DNA from: a virus
Taxonomy: Duplodnaviria > Caudoviricetes
DNA: 64,000 nucleotides
Virus record (IMG/VR): IMGVR_UViG_3300027759_000007
Coordinates: 1,145 to 65,144 of that record
Direction: 5' to 3' (one strand)
Part shown: piece after piece, positions 29,901 through 38,078 of the stretch
How positions within the stretch are numbered: the first letter of the stretch is position 1
Layout: each line of letters begins with the position of its first letter
Translations under genes and position numbers: made by a program
The notes under the pieces: model-generated
What the model was told of the DNA's origin: nothing
What the model saw: only the letters and a program-made list of their open reading frames with translations
Databases searched by the model: none

Positions 29901-30165
29901 CTGCGGCTCCACCTGCTGCGGGAATGGATTTAACTGTCTCCTCAACAGCAGTGCCCACAAACTTGCCCGCCTTAGAGAGCGAGCTTGGCTCGGACTTACC
30001 CCATAGGGAGTCCATCAACTGCTTGTGTGACTCTGCATCCAAGCCAGACTTGGCATCAATGCCTACTTGCCGAATGAAGTCTCGGCGTGTGGATTCATCA
30101 GACCATGATGGGTGCGTGGTAAGGGCATCGACATCAACTTTAAGTTGGAGGGGATCGTAAGGCAT
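20926..30165 (-). CDS. Giant (3079 aa) internal virion / DNA-ejection polyvalent protein containing an L,D-transpeptidase-like domain
   Basis: Uninterrupted 9.2-kb ORF at the end of the structural operon; YkuD-like segment TPSGRF...AVHRV...RISSGCVNV; helical repeats. Confidence 0.8.
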   Translation of the reverse strand: MPYDPLQLKVDVDALTTHPSWSDESTRRDFIRQVGIDAKSGLDAESHKQLMDSLWGKSEPSSLSKAGKFVGTAVEETVKSIPAAGGAAVFAATDALGLTNTGSGTRLVQGVKGLVDTAGQRIKQLDPNDRQEQRDALLESLREDLDTGASPQGFERWLSGEYDSKDIDDPDTQAYVDALISSVSRAGVAADRMGDIDQERLGAFMQSDRNPARADSDIPEEAGARQFLADYVATKDPQSWEAFKNRVTETDQQYETRLRRWAAQKPEAERTLKAMPEGLGKEMVTRSFSMQESPIDLASAALPMLRGAKALEAARAGGVASALRGVGAGMLKEGGQEAGTEYLQDPRATGAQIAEAGALGAVGSGVIEGGMAGAGALMRPRDLAVPTTPEEEAIAQTVEGTIPTTVVEAGLSGLESAVERYVNPARPTATSTQVEAKPTVMGGRGTADVRVSPVRNLTQEPGESNDAFIGRLNEQTKEMAKSLETATAETVMTNVDVLPATAAAIADSQASAALERFKAMRDAQLAPAPARPPAPARPPAPAPAPVVPDPAALAAHNKLVKDLGDAVLSRQAGGQNTKDYEKKVEEAIARSLAALAQPVQKETPTPPSEPAIEETAPPVEPIPAGEEAPTPPITEDKFPQTENVVADAGETEVGLEMENQAPKTGMQRRQEALDAGLDRRTADAIGAFTDIAEMMREARNRTPEQAKKDWMGYLQADLEKFKGSAPRTAPESSLFADGQYVRYEKQKDGGFTVVADEATWVPQGEKANPQFKKGTVIRKFPSADALFEYMRSESTQEEAPPPQAQPVAEKGTVVTPETEFSPDDKLIMYSPYSGTDTEVSYRGPLEGKAVVWTGKTQMTVPMEWLRRVGEERQETKPVENVEQVAPQAPSEAKAKSQTKADIIAEILGPKPSNFNLFNTWKERGKSFAKMSKSELVSLRDDLQKIKDDSAAMLTGMRRISAEITPRVESAGAKWRTELSAIAAEQGDTSWSGMSDNSKGEEIARMSQRIYEREKSQKETLPPVAQTQEGSPSQLPTTAEGSIPAVTVQKNTEETGKSSAAEGVPQEGKYSVYQSGSRWLIQQSDKRGFGDQIVDSQEEAIKESLRQQDMERQNKAFFDKQQAKAEAAKAEQEAKDKPLNDYLDDLDLTAMQRGKLKKTLQESTARRSTEKNKDYTGQREKVIREMVEDGYAPKTEEVPAIKDLTGRQSNRMDNREQAEFERKRKAAGNKTEYSLETESGARFIVTKAEHDYAQWLSSQKQESPTTLTEPSPSGQRDTSKPEQMTPEERGQLGHQEVIELAKQDYELAKTGQTWGFSGGQNYKSKAAAIKDTKERLDKVSTPTESDIKRGASDHYGEVNKALVDQKPVSQAAVDTYGITLPEGYVADGELYVYRPDGGVKAENPAPEPTVEVDQEIDASLTSQEKQEAAEDLGQSEWNAEAKKSFREAYADWLVTAKAATSRLAKIFAKLASKVKTLLLGGIIAVSSQTGNTQATYVDVPVTKSFDPVLSTVSAKDRSLGDMPPASLLPVGDVAGKRVGIGGMKLTKKADFKGTRAPSMVVSTANWVVDSNNANGRPFVVGDKTGGKMYVFNGSGVLVRSESALFGMDKGDTLNGGKVTPSGRFEATIDPDANNEYNYGKTLDFLEKEDSVLAVHRVYQGIPSQNRSDRLSSKSPVDNRISSGCVNVPDSLFDEVIDPLFSGTGGIVYILPETPKGRAKFEASKNTLITEERVAKALKDIKSKTRLGGSTNLLLDPTALADAVVIGAYYVERGARTFAAFSKKMIDELGPSIQENLQDIYNAVREKYAFDGMDGVAPVEAEPPAPETKASEPPPPPPAKPPAAAAAAAAAEPTPLEGPVSIVNEQLNQVAEILGLPQLETPLDGPYKWEKAWEDARVEMERNPNRGSELVSEMLSRPREVSPVEVPILLREAVVRTNSYNAAVEAQTKASASELESANQRVSDAINALADVQQASAVMGTFSGRALNFRKMSAWMDFSLANMVVRLQGAKQAELSKEEKADAQATHSKITKIEAEIAKTKASAGAEAELTSVFDETFKEAMALTKKTANDLIAQSRIAAKKGTTMKDFLVEKREEARKRIRQRGGNLNMGLNPADLFDHAVIMASYIAEGVVSLADLTAKMIGDFGPGIEKHIPQIKKEADALLEAEQSVFEKPEEGTTKSYAEQLVESQGESLSDRWVYNRVKEWLVEQGEAGLKRDSKELLDEVFGVITEEVNEFDPSITEQQLRDMFSGYGKVKFPDPEAAAVKLRQMRRLELLFDKLERARAGVAPLRAGLQRDETTPEEREALRLLNQTMKDLDIPQAPSGRNIKTPLDAVKSRLKNSIEDLDKQIKERKRTDRPRKDVEYDDEANKLKAQRDALQKQLDEIDPPRPPTAQERITARLKDLNKQITELERKIKEKDFAPTQNKTPLTEQLQVKMDARDALSQTLKELRIKEEGLPVRTQEQVNEDAQASLTRQIDALEKQIREQDFAPKEGLKPEMSPQLFRLKARVETLREQRDQLKEDLGFRKKQKTDDELVDAAVASLEKSIDSLNKQINEGDLASKTRPSKTPEVAKIKNLRAERDSLREEVQRLRKVKEDAARDPVAEKIKADRKQLQRVIQGYEDRIAKSDFRKRPKVAKVYDDSLMQLEIDLDNIKAEWSKKVFEAHLASRTKLQRMFDTGGQVLNTSRAILTSMDLSAVLRQGGFIGLGNPIRAFRNIGPMLKAFTSDDVSKASLKRLKQRDNWRNYVMAGLYIAETDQTKMSAQEEAFMSRWVDKIPGGVKGLFIGSLVRGSQRAYLAFLNNMRADTFDSLLNQLQKGPTPTREEMESIARYINVATGRGDLGKGAFNQAAVGLNTIFFAPRLVVSRFQIIGGMPIFKATGRTKALVLQEYAKFIMGAAIVYALAGMAQDDEDKPLEFDPRSSDFLKIRYGDTRVDPLGGLIQATVFVSRIIAGEKKSASGKIVPIRDTFRLPNLFREVAKTDKVPYGGSNVFDVGSTFMRTKFSPAFGGVVDLVTGENVIGETVTPMDIAYKMTVPMSFDEARETMEAHGMPKGAALTTLMLFGAGVMTYNDQKK
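24618..24645 (-). repeat. (GCA)n microsatellite encoding poly-Ala in the giant protein
   Basis: About nine perfect ctg/gct units on the + strand. Confidence 0.85.
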
Positions 30166-30188
30166 CGGTCAGAATAGTCGCTGGTTAA

Positions 30189-31085
30189 TCAAGGCTGAAC
30201 TGCCGTAGATTTAACAGGGATTTTCTGCATATCCAATGCTCTTTGCAAAAAAGCACTCGGCTTTGGGGTCGCTACAGGCGCGACATCTTCAGGACGCATC
30301 GTGGAGAGCGTGTCATCTGTGACTTTCTGGAGACGCTGATTGTAGCTATCAAGTCGCGCTTTAAGAAGGGCTTTCTCCTCTTTTGTAGCAGCCACTTCAT
30401 AGGCTTTCTCAGTGCGTTCGATGACTTTGGTCAAGAGGCCCATCTCCTTCTCGGCGGGGTTAGGAGGTGTGGAAGCCTTGGAACGAGACCGATCAAAAGA
30501 ACGCCGAGCGGTTTCACGCTTCACCTCCACGGGGTCAAACGTTCCACTCTGCGTCCGATACATGTCGAACTGCTCCCTTGGCACCCCTGCCTCTGCAAGC
30601 TGCTGCATGAGCGGCTCGTTGAACTGATCGGTGCGGTAGGCTTCCCAAGCATCATTAGCGGTCATGCCTTCATCCAGCATCCGACGTTGGAAGTTCTGGA
30701 GAGCACGGGGATCTTTATCCTCCTGAATCTTGGTGTAGAAGTAAGTGCCTAGCTTCTGATCTGCGGGGGTAGCGGCTTGCTGGCGAAACTGCTGATAGTT
30801 TTGAACTAATCCCGCATTCCGACCACGGAAGATGTTTGGATTCTCGATGAGCGTCTGGTTGATCTGTTCATCAGACAAGTTTGGAGCTTGATTCAAGAGT
30901 TCATTCACCAGTTGATCCGCTTCCATCTGCCTCTGCTCTTGCTGGTAGGCTTCATCTTGCTGAAGCATCGCCCGAGCTTGTGGAGAGAACTGCGTGTTTT
31001 GCGAGCCTCCTGCTGGGGCTTTGAAGTAGCTGGTCAGAGGAATATTCCCGAAACCGAAAGTCTGTTCTGGTGTGAGGGCAGGCAT
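30189..31085 (-). CDS. Putative internal virion protein
   Basis: Gln-rich helical 298-aa ORF directly upstream of the giant protein. Confidence 0.6.
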   Translation of the reverse strand: MPALTPEQTFGFGNIPLTSYFKAPAGGSQNTQFSPQARAMLQQDEAYQQEQRQMEADQLVNELLNQAPNLSDEQINQTLIENPNIFRGRNAGLVQNYQQFRQQAATPADQKLGTYFYTKIQEDKDPRALQNFQRRMLDEGMTANDAWEAYRTDQFNEPLMQQLAEAGVPREQFDMYRTQSGTFDPVEVKRETARRSFDRSRSKASTPPNPAEKEMGLLTKVIERTEKAYEVAATKEEKALLKARLDSYNQRLQKVTDDTLSTMRPEDVAPVATPKPSAFLQRALDMQKIPVKSTAVQP

Positions 31086-31088
31086 AAG

Positions 31089-32039
31089 TTATGCACCAAT
31101 CTGGCTGGTTTTTCCCCACATCAAAGTGGAATCGACATTCAAGGTGATGCGACTTCCGCCACGGGCTGACTTGGCTTCTTGATTCAGGAAGTCGAGAGCA
31201 CGGTCAAAAGCAGCCGATGCCTCTGTAATCTGCCCTGCGTTCTCAAAGGCCCGCATCTTGAGTCCGTAGCGAAGGGCACTCAAACTGCCTGGAATCACCC
31301 AGTCGGTCTCATTGCGGAGAGGGATATAGCGTCGATTGCAGATGAGTTGCACAGCCTCCTCAAGTTCCCCTGTCTGATAGCGACGATAGCGAGGGACGGT
31401 CTCGCCTGGGTAGTAGGTGCTCAGAAGCGTCGGTGTAGCTCCATTGACCACACTCAAAGTCCAAGGTGCAACGATGGTTGAAGGTGCCTGCACACCGCTC
31501 ACTACGGAGAACTGCTGCGTTGTCGTGACTGTTGGATTGACGAGAGTGACATTCAGGCCAAGCGACCCATCGGTTGAATACACATCGGCTCCATTCTGAT
31601 CCAAACCGAACAGCCGCACGACTTTGCCTGCGTCAGAGGCACTCGAAACAGCCAGTCTCAGGGTGCCTGCTGTTGCGATGTCATACTGAGTCACGAAACC
31701 ATCGCCTAGATCAATCAGCACACCTGACCACGCATCTGCGTCTGGAAGGATGCCTGGACCGCTTTCACTGAATTGGTAGAAAGGCGTAAAGACAGGCACC
31801 GGACGACGAAGATAGGACATCACCAGCACTGAGACATACCATCGTGGTAGTGAGAAGTAGTTCAGCCCGTTGACGGGGATCGTCACCAGTGGTGTCTGCC
31901 CCTTCCATTTGCCTGAGTTGATGAACCGCTCAACGACCTCGTTCAATGCTGGGATAAACAAAGCCGAATTGATGTCAGTGGCATCGACCTCTGTGTAGAG
32001 GGCGTTACGGCAGTCTGAGACGGTGATGCGGGTGTCCAT
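31089..32039 (-). CDS. Putative head-tail adaptor / tail structural protein
   Basis: Helical N- and C-termini with a beta-rich middle, as in tail tubular/adaptor proteins; position. Confidence 0.5.
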   Translation of the reverse strand: MDTRITVSDCRNALYTEVDATDINSALFIPALNEVVERFINSGKWKGQTPLVTIPVNGLNYFSLPRWYVSVLVMSYLRRPVPVFTPFYQFSESGPGILPDADAWSGVLIDLGDGFVTQYDIATAGTLRLAVSSASDAGKVVRLFGLDQNGADVYSTDGSLGLNVTLVNPTVTTTQQFSVVSGVQAPSTIVAPWTLSVVNGATPTLLSTYYPGETVPRYRRYQTGELEEAVQLICNRRYIPLRNETDWVIPGSLSALRYGLKMRAFENAGQITEASAAFDRALDFLNQEAKSARGGSRITLNVDSTLMWGKTSQIGA

Positions 32040-32941
32040 TAGGCTCGGGAAAGGGGTTTGCGCTTATCGGCAAGTTTGACATTAGCTAGCTTGACGCCTT
32101 TGAAGTTGTCGGTCTGCGGTTGGAACTTGTCAGTAGCTTGTCCCGTCCCAAGGTTTCCCTGCTTGTTGGCAAGACCCTGCATGACTTCGGAGAAGGGGCG
32201 ACCATTGACCATGCCTTCTGAGCGTTTGGCTCCTGGGGTTGTTGGAGCAGGCCAACCAGTGCCATACTGCCCTACAAGGTTTTTACCCCCGCCTTGTTCA
32301 GTTACCTGCATAGGCGACTGCTGCGTCTCCCTCAACAGCTTTAACCCCGCAGCCCTTTGTTCGAGATTTTGGCGATTTGCAGTGCTCGGATTAGGACCAG
32401 CTTGGGGCATGAGTCCGCTCCGCATAGGCACACGACCTTGAATTGGTCCTGCCATGATATTGCCAAACTTGTTCATCTTCGATCCAGACGCGCTGTTGTC
32501 CTGATTGAACTTATCTCGAATGGTGTCGAAGGTGCCGTTCCGCTGAGACTGAGCAATGCGCTGTTCACGGGTCTGAGCGAGCATCTGACCAAAACCTTCC
32601 ACGCCACCTGCTGCGTTGCTGCCGCCGCCACCTGATGCGCTGCCGCCACGATTGAAGAAGCCCGGGTTAGCCGCATACATCGAACCCATCGGATTACCGA
32701 GCGTGGAGATACTCTTTGCCCCACGGGATAAGCCGTTCCGCTGTTCAGATGCAAGGCCCACCATCTGACCGTAGTCTTGGGTCGGAGTAAGTTGCCCGTC
32801 CTTAACTTTGAAACCGCTGGTTTCTAAGTTACGAGCCATTTCTTGAAACTCGTTTGGTTTTGTTTTGACTCCAACGATTTGCCGTCTTCCACTGGAGTTA
32901 TAACCATTTGCGTCATACTTGGAGTTGTTTTGAGAAGCCAT
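32039..32941 (-). CDS. Putative internal virion (pilot-like) protein, Gly/Gln/Asn-rich
   Basis: Low-complexity 300-aa ORF behind its own promoter. Confidence 0.55.
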   Translation of the reverse strand: MASQNNSKYDANGYNSSGRRQIVGVKTKPNEFQEMARNLETSGFKVKDGQLTPTQDYGQMVGLASEQRNGLSRGAKSISTLGNPMGSMYAANPGFFNRGGSASGGGGSNAAGGVEGFGQMLAQTREQRIAQSQRNGTFDTIRDKFNQDNSASGSKMNKFGNIMAGPIQGRVPMRSGLMPQAGPNPSTANRQNLEQRAAGLKLLRETQQSPMQVTEQGGGKNLVGQYGTGWPAPTTPGAKRSEGMVNGRPFSEVMQGLANKQGNLGTGQATDKFQPQTDNFKGVKLANVKLADKRKPLSRA

Positions 32942-32951
32942 AATAGCCCTG

Positions 32952-32980
32952 ATTTTACTTGACGATGGGGGTTATGTCAA
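32952..32980 (-). promoter_or_regulatory. Sigma70 promoter
   Basis: TTGACA-N17-TAAAAT, 10 nt upstream of the ATG at 32941. Confidence 0.8.
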
Positions 32981-33000
32981 AGGTTGTTCGTTGCCTAGTT

Positions 33001-33687
33001 TTAGTCCACTCGTTGAATACTCTTCACGGTCAAAAAGAAACTCCCTTCAGACGGTGGCACAAAGTTTACCGTTTTCCCCGAAAAACCAACTCGAAAGTTA
33101 TGGGACTCAACCAAGTTGACGTCCCCAACGCCAGTAGTCGTTCCTTTGAACACGTCTATTCCTACTCTTACTGGAAACCTAAAAATACGTTCTTCTTTTT
33201 TCTGCCAGCTATACGGTTCGTAACTGCTCTCTAGGTTATTTAGATCGTAGTAATTCCCGAAAAAACTGCTTGAGTTGGCAGGTATTGAGCTAGAACGAAA
33301 GGTTATGTTAGCAGATACATAGACAGTTTCTTTTGATAATCCATCGTCAAATACTATTACGTTGTCATCAAGAAAAGCAAAAGGCAAAGCTAAAATAGTT
33401 GAATCTCTAGTCACATAAGCAATAGCTCGTTTGTATGTAAAGGTTTTAGTCCCCCCCGGAGATTGTGAACTTTCAGACCTAATTACTGTGTATGTGATGT
33501 CCGCCAACAAAACAAAATTCCAATCCTCATCCTCCTCTGCTGCCTCATCCGCAATAGGCACTTCAACGGCAATGCCCATGCCGTTGACGCTGGCACCGTT
33601 GCCTGCTGTCGGCTGGACTTGGGCAACTCGGGCAGCGATCTGCTCTTTTGCTGCGCCGTAGAGTTGCTGATATTGGTCGTAGGTCAT
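33001..33687 (-). CDS. Hypothetical structural protein with AT-rich C-terminal domain
   Basis: 228-aa ORF coupled by ATGA; beta-rich C-terminus. Confidence 0.65.
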   Translation of the reverse strand: MTYDQYQQLYGAAKEQIAARVAQVQPTAGNGASVNGMGIAVEVPIADEAAEEDEDWNFVLLADITYTVIRSESSQSPGGTKTFTYKRAIAYVTRDSTILALPFAFLDDNVIVFDDGLSKETVYVSANITFRSSSIPANSSSFFGNYYDLNNLESSYEPYSWQKKEERIFRFPVRVGIDVFKGTTTGVGDVNLVESHNFRVGFSGKTVNFVPPSEGSFFLTVKSIQRVD

Positions 33688-33869
33688 GGTGTGACGGCAG
33701 TGCGGGTTGCCACTATCGTTGTCATCCCATGCGTTACAAGGGTGTCTTCGCTGTCGGCAGTATAGACCAACTCCGACATTGCTAGCGTGATCATCTGGTC
33801 AAGCTCAAACCACCAAGCATCCGCTTGTTGCTGGGGTTCCATCGCATCCCATGTAGTCTGTGGAATCAT
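33684..33869 (-). CDS. Hypothetical protein
   Basis: ATGA overlaps at both ends. Confidence 0.6.
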   Translation of the reverse strand: MIPQTTWDAMEPQQQADAWWFELDQMITLAMSELVYTADSEDTLVTHGMTTIVATRTAVTP

Positions 33870-34060
33870 TCAGCGGCAGATATGAGGGATTCTTGGGAGT
33901 TGTGGACGGTTGCACCATCGCCCGACATGAACCGAAACAGGTCAAACCTTTGGTCGATGATTTCCTGAGAGCGAGACTGCGTAGCACTAAATTGTGCCTC
34001 TTCGCCCTTCTCACCGAGAAGGGTAGCTACCTTGTCCTCGGCTTCAGGGTCGGCGGTCAT
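33866..34060 (-). CDS. Hypothetical protein
   Basis: ATGA overlaps at both ends. Confidence 0.6.
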   Translation of the reverse strand: MTADPEAEDKVATLLGEKGEEAQFSATQSRSQEIIDQRFDLFRFMSGDGATVHNSQESLISAAE

Positions 34061-37000
34061 GCAGCAGTGAAGGACGCGGAAATAGTTCCGACATTCACAA
34101 GGGCAGGAGATAGGTTTCCCCCTGTCGTTGGGATGGTGGTAATGTTGCTGACTGTGTTATAGATGACTGCGCGGAAGTGGTATTGTTGACCTGCGGTAAG
34201 TCCTGTCACAGTTTTGGTAACGATAGTAGCCGTAAACCCTGCTAGCGTTGAACTACCGCTGTTGATCCAGTTAGTTGCTGATACCAACTTGTATTGGAAA
34301 TAGGCAGTAGCGGCATCGTGATTGGCTTTGAAGGTGCCCGTAAAAGTAGCCGCACCCGCCACGATAGCTGTTGCTGGACTCACGGTAGCCGCTGTTGGCG
34401 CAGTGATAGCCGTGCCGTTTAAGGTCACATCATACGGGTTCTTGAGGCCCGGGTTGCTTGAAGTGATCCGCAGGAAGGCTGAACGGTAGCCAACGATGTT
34501 TGCCGCAGGCGCGAACTGCACTCCGAGTGCCGTGCTGCCTCCAGCAGAGATCGTTGTTGCGGGTGTGCTCACGATAATGAACTCGCCTGCAACACCACCG
34601 CCGACAGGCGACACAGCAGCGGAGACGCTGTTCAAATCCGCCCCGCCAATGTTAGAGAGCGTGACGGAGGTTGTGGTATTTGTGCCACCGAGGATAGGAT
34701 TGAACTGGACGATGCCTCCTTCGGCAATCTCGTTAGCCCCTACTTGGAGGATCAAGTCGGGCGATGGAAGACCTGAGAAGGTTCTTTGCTCTTCGAGGAT
34801 CGACACGCTGCCATTGCTGAGTCCGCCTTGGATGTAGGCGCGAGCGCGGATAGTCCCGCTGACGGGGAGACTTCCGAAAAAGAATCCGGGCAGAAGAGGT
34901 CCAGCAACGCTGGTTGCTATGATGCGCCAGCCGCCGCTAATGCGTGCGCCTTGGCCGAGTCGATTCCAAGAGACTCCGCTATCTTGGCTGAGATCAAACA
35001 CGACTGTCTGGCATTCAGGAAGCGTGCCCCCGCGAACCCATGTGATCTCGGCTGGCCCAACCACAGTGAGGGAGCTATTGACAGGTCCAGCAATCACCCG
35101 AGCAAGAGATCTTGGAGAGCCTGCAAGGGTGTAGTTGCCACTCACTAACGCCCTCCCCTCGGGGGGTTGAGGTACGTTATTGATAGGGGGCATATCCACG
35201 CTTATGAGCGTAACCCCATAAACGGTGTTCCTAGCGTTGGCTCCGAAGGTGCTGTCTGCTGCCCCCAAAGTCGTGACACGGAACAACCTTTCGGTGGAAG
35301 TGAGTGAGCCACTGGTAGAACTGCCAACGATGATGTTACCATCTGTCTGCACCGCGATGGACTGGGCAGCAGTCACGTTGTTGGTGAATGTCGCATCCAG
35401 TGCCCCGAGTGCTGTGAAGCGGTTCAAACCTGTCACGGCTCCTGCTGTGTATGGGCCTGACAACAGGACTTTCCCTGTCGCATCTACTGCCATGCTAGCA
35501 ACCACGGCGCTACCCGATGTCAGTCCTGATGTGAAGGTTGCATCGGGAGAGCCGTCAGAGTTACGACGAGCAACCCCACGTCCTGAGATGGCATCCGTGA
35601 AGCTGCCTGAGACGAGAATCTTGTTGTCTGTCTGCACTGCGATGGAGCGGACCAACCCGTAGAAGTGGGAGGTGAAGGTGCTGTCGATAGCCCCTGTTGA
35701 AGTGAGTCGAGCTAGGCCTATTCGGTTAAGCCCACCAAAAGTGAGGAATGTGCCCCCGACGAGGAGAGCACCATCAGGCTGAAGCGCAAAGCACCAGACT
35801 GAATCTCCTGAGACAAGCCCCATGCTGACGAAAGAAGTGTCCACGGAGCCATCAGCATTGAGACGGGCGATGCCACGGCGAGCGACGCCGTTCACCGTCG
35901 CGAACTCACCGCCAATCATCACTTTGCCATCTGGCAGTTGAGCCACAGCTAGCACACGTCCGTTGGCCCCGGCTCCTGCCTGTGACTGCACAACCGCAGA
36001 GTCATTGATGTAGGCGTAGCGCCCACGGCTGAGAGCGCTGACCGTCGTGAAGTCCCCGCCCACCCAACTAAGGTCAGTCGGGCTGCGCGAGACAGTGTTG
36101 ACTGTGTTGTTCGCGATGGGTTGCCATGTGGTGTCGAGAGCGCCGGGACCGGGAGTGCCGACACCTGCAAGCGAAATGGTGAAGGCGGGCGTTGTTGGAT
36201 CGTCGCTATTGATCGTAACTGTGTCCGTCTTAGAACCCTGAACAGTTGGGTTAAAAGCCAATGTGAAGGACGCTGCCCCACCGGGGAGTACTGGCGTAGT
36301 TGGTTGTGCGGGGATTGACCAATTTGTTCCCGTAGGAGTGCCTGTGGAGGTCAAAACTGCCGAGGTTAGTGTTAGATCGTCTAGCCCGCGATTTACAATG
36401 TTCACAACCAAGTTACTTGCAACACCTGTCTGCGTGGAGCCGAAGTCTAGGGTGCCGACACCACTGGTGCGAACAATGCCTTCAACGGATACCTCGATAG
36501 CAGGATCAACGACAAAAGACACGATCTCTTCAATCATGCCTTCGCTATGTGAGTCCGATGGGAAGGCTCGGGCACGGATCGACCCTGTAACTAAGTCAGG
36601 CGTGATTGTGGCTTTCCAGCCTCCGTCAATGCGGGAAACTGTGATTCCCGTAGTGACATAACCTGCACCTATATCTTTTTCAAAGGTGACACGTTGCGCT
36701 TCCTGAGTTGCTCCTGACCGAAGCCACTGGACTTCAGAGAGGCTTGACACGCTCAAGACGTTGGATGCAGGGTCATTGTAGAGCCTAGCTACACCATTGC
36801 GTGTCAATGCGCCTACTTGCGTCATAGCTCCGCCGACGAGTATTTTACCATCCTCTTGCAAGGCACAGGCATGGATGGCTCCGTTGGCGTTTGGGTTAAA
36901 AGCTGCTTCGAGCGTGTAGTCATTCTGGAGACGTGCGACACGGTTGCGGGTCGTTCCGTCAATCGTGGTGAAGTCTCCTCCCAAGATGATCTTGCCATTT

Positions 37001-37251
37001 ACCTGCGTGACCAAAGTTCGGACTGTGGCTGAAGGGGTTGGCGTGCCCGTTATGAGTGTGCCATCAGCTTCAAAAAGAGCTAGCTTGGCTCTCATAGAAC
37101 CACTCACCATGTTGAAACTGCCTCCTGCGATCACCTGCCCTGCGGCATCGAGATTGACGCAGATGCCTTCAGCATCCAAGCCTGCACCGGGGTCGAAGCT
37201 AGTGTCTGTGGTCCCATTGGAGTTAAGTCGGGCGATGCGGTTAGGGATCAT
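34057..37251 (-). CDS. Virion protein with delta-60 beta-propeller repeats, choice-of-anchor-D/Ig-like and FN3-like domains
   Basis: Repeats QxDGKILVGGxF...IARLNxDGxxDxxF; Ig-like NRGLDDL...F.P...G.K; C-terminal TGLTAGQQYHFRAV. Confidence 0.85.
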   Translation of the reverse strand: MIPNRIARLNSNGTTDTSFDPGAGLDAEGICVNLDAAGQVIAGGSFNMVSGSMRAKLALFEADGTLITGTPTPSATVRTLVTQVNGKIILGGDFTTIDGTTRNRVARLQNDYTLEAAFNPNANGAIHACALQEDGKILVGGAMTQVGALTRNGVARLYNDPASNVLSVSSLSEVQWLRSGATQEAQRVTFEKDIGAGYVTTGITVSRIDGGWKATITPDLVTGSIRARAFPSDSHSEGMIEEIVSFVVDPAIEVSVEGIVRTSGVGTLDFGSTQTGVASNLVVNIVNRGLDDLTLTSAVLTSTGTPTGTNWSIPAQPTTPVLPGGAASFTLAFNPTVQGSKTDTVTINSDDPTTPAFTISLAGVGTPGPGALDTTWQPIANNTVNTVSRSPTDLSWVGGDFTTVSALSRGRYAYINDSAVVQSQAGAGANGRVLAVAQLPDGKVMIGGEFATVNGVARRGIARLNADGSVDTSFVSMGLVSGDSVWCFALQPDGALLVGGTFLTFGGLNRIGLARLTSTGAIDSTFTSHFYGLVRSIAVQTDNKILVSGSFTDAISGRGVARRNSDGSPDATFTSGLTSGSAVVASMAVDATGKVLLSGPYTAGAVTGLNRFTALGALDATFTNNVTAAQSIAVQTDGNIIVGSSTSGSLTSTERLFRVTTLGAADSTFGANARNTVYGVTLISVDMPPINNVPQPPEGRALVSGNYTLAGSPRSLARVIAGPVNSSLTVVGPAEITWVRGGTLPECQTVVFDLSQDSGVSWNRLGQGARISGGWRIIATSVAGPLLPGFFFGSLPVSGTIRARAYIQGGLSNGSVSILEEQRTFSGLPSPDLILQVGANEIAEGGIVQFNPILGGTNTTTSVTLSNIGGADLNSVSAAVSPVGGGVAGEFIIVSTPATTISAGGSTALGVQFAPAANIVGYRSAFLRITSSNPGLKNPYDVTLNGTAITAPTAATVSPATAIVAGAATFTGTFKANHDAATAYFQYKLVSATNWINSGSSTLAGFTATIVTKTVTGLTAGQQYHFRAVIYNTVSNITTIPTTGGNLSPALVNVGTISASFTAA

Positions 37252-38078
37252 GGTGAGAGTATAACCTCTTGAATCAGTTCGTCCAGCCTACTTTGAGGTA
37301 TGGTAGTGAGCCAGTGTTGGGTCATTTGTTGCACCATTGGGTGCTCTAGCGTCTTGTAAAGGTGAAGCCAGCCTCGATAGTAGTTCTTGATGCGGGCATC
37401 GTTGCAGCTTGGGTACGAGCGTTTGGGCCAGCAGAAGCGGTGCATCCAGCCCATTGCAGGGTGACATAGAACCTGTCCTCTTTGCTTGCGAACCTTTTCA
37501 GCGAAGAACCACTCTTCGGCTCCGAACCCTTGGAAGTTAGGTAGATTGGTTGGAAAGTGCTCACGCCAGAAGGAGAAGCACCCCATGCCTTGCATGTGTA
37601 TCTCAAAAGGCTCGGTGCCCTTAACCCCAACTTCGTCAGTCCCCCAAGTGCCAAAATCCTGTCCTCGCCACACGGGATTCATGTGAGTCGAACGAGACTT
37701 CAGGCAGTTGTAAACGAGCGGACCTGTGAGTTGATTTCTTGACCCTTGGTTCGCCTCCCACCATTCCAAGAGTCTGTCGATGAAGCCAGTCTCTAACAGC
37801 ACATGGCAGTCCAGCCCGAGAACAACATCCCCTGTGGCGTGTTTGAAAGCATCGTATTTGACGAAGCTGCTTTGGCGATCTTCGACATGAATCCATCGGC
37901 TGTTCGGAACCGCTGAGAGAAAGTGTTTTGTAGCTTCCAAGTGGTCGCCTTTCGGGCTGTTGTCGAGCACCAAGAACTCTGTGTCCGCTGGTAGCTTGTG
38001 ATGCATACGGAGCGACTGGACGGTGAAAAACACGCCGTCGTAGTCGTCGTAGCACGCCATTGAGATGGTGAGTTTCAC
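37248..38078 (-). CDS. GT2 family glycosyltransferase
   Basis: LTISMACY, LVLDNSP, ATGDVVLGLDCH, GFGAEE. Confidence 0.85.
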   Translation of the reverse strand: MKLTISMACYDDYDGVFFTVQSLRMHHKLPADTEFLVLDNSPKGDHLEATKHFLSAVPNSRWIHVEDRQSSFVKYDAFKHATGDVVLGLDCHVLLETGFIDRLLEWWEANQGSRNQLTGPLVYNCLKSRSTHMNPVWRGQDFGTWGTDEVGVKGTEPFEIHMQGMGCFSFWREHFPTNLPNFQGFGAEEWFFAEKVRKQRGQVLCHPAMGWMHRFCWPKRSYPSCNDARIKNYYRGWLHLYKTLEHPMVQQMTQHWLTTIPQSRLDELIQEVILSP

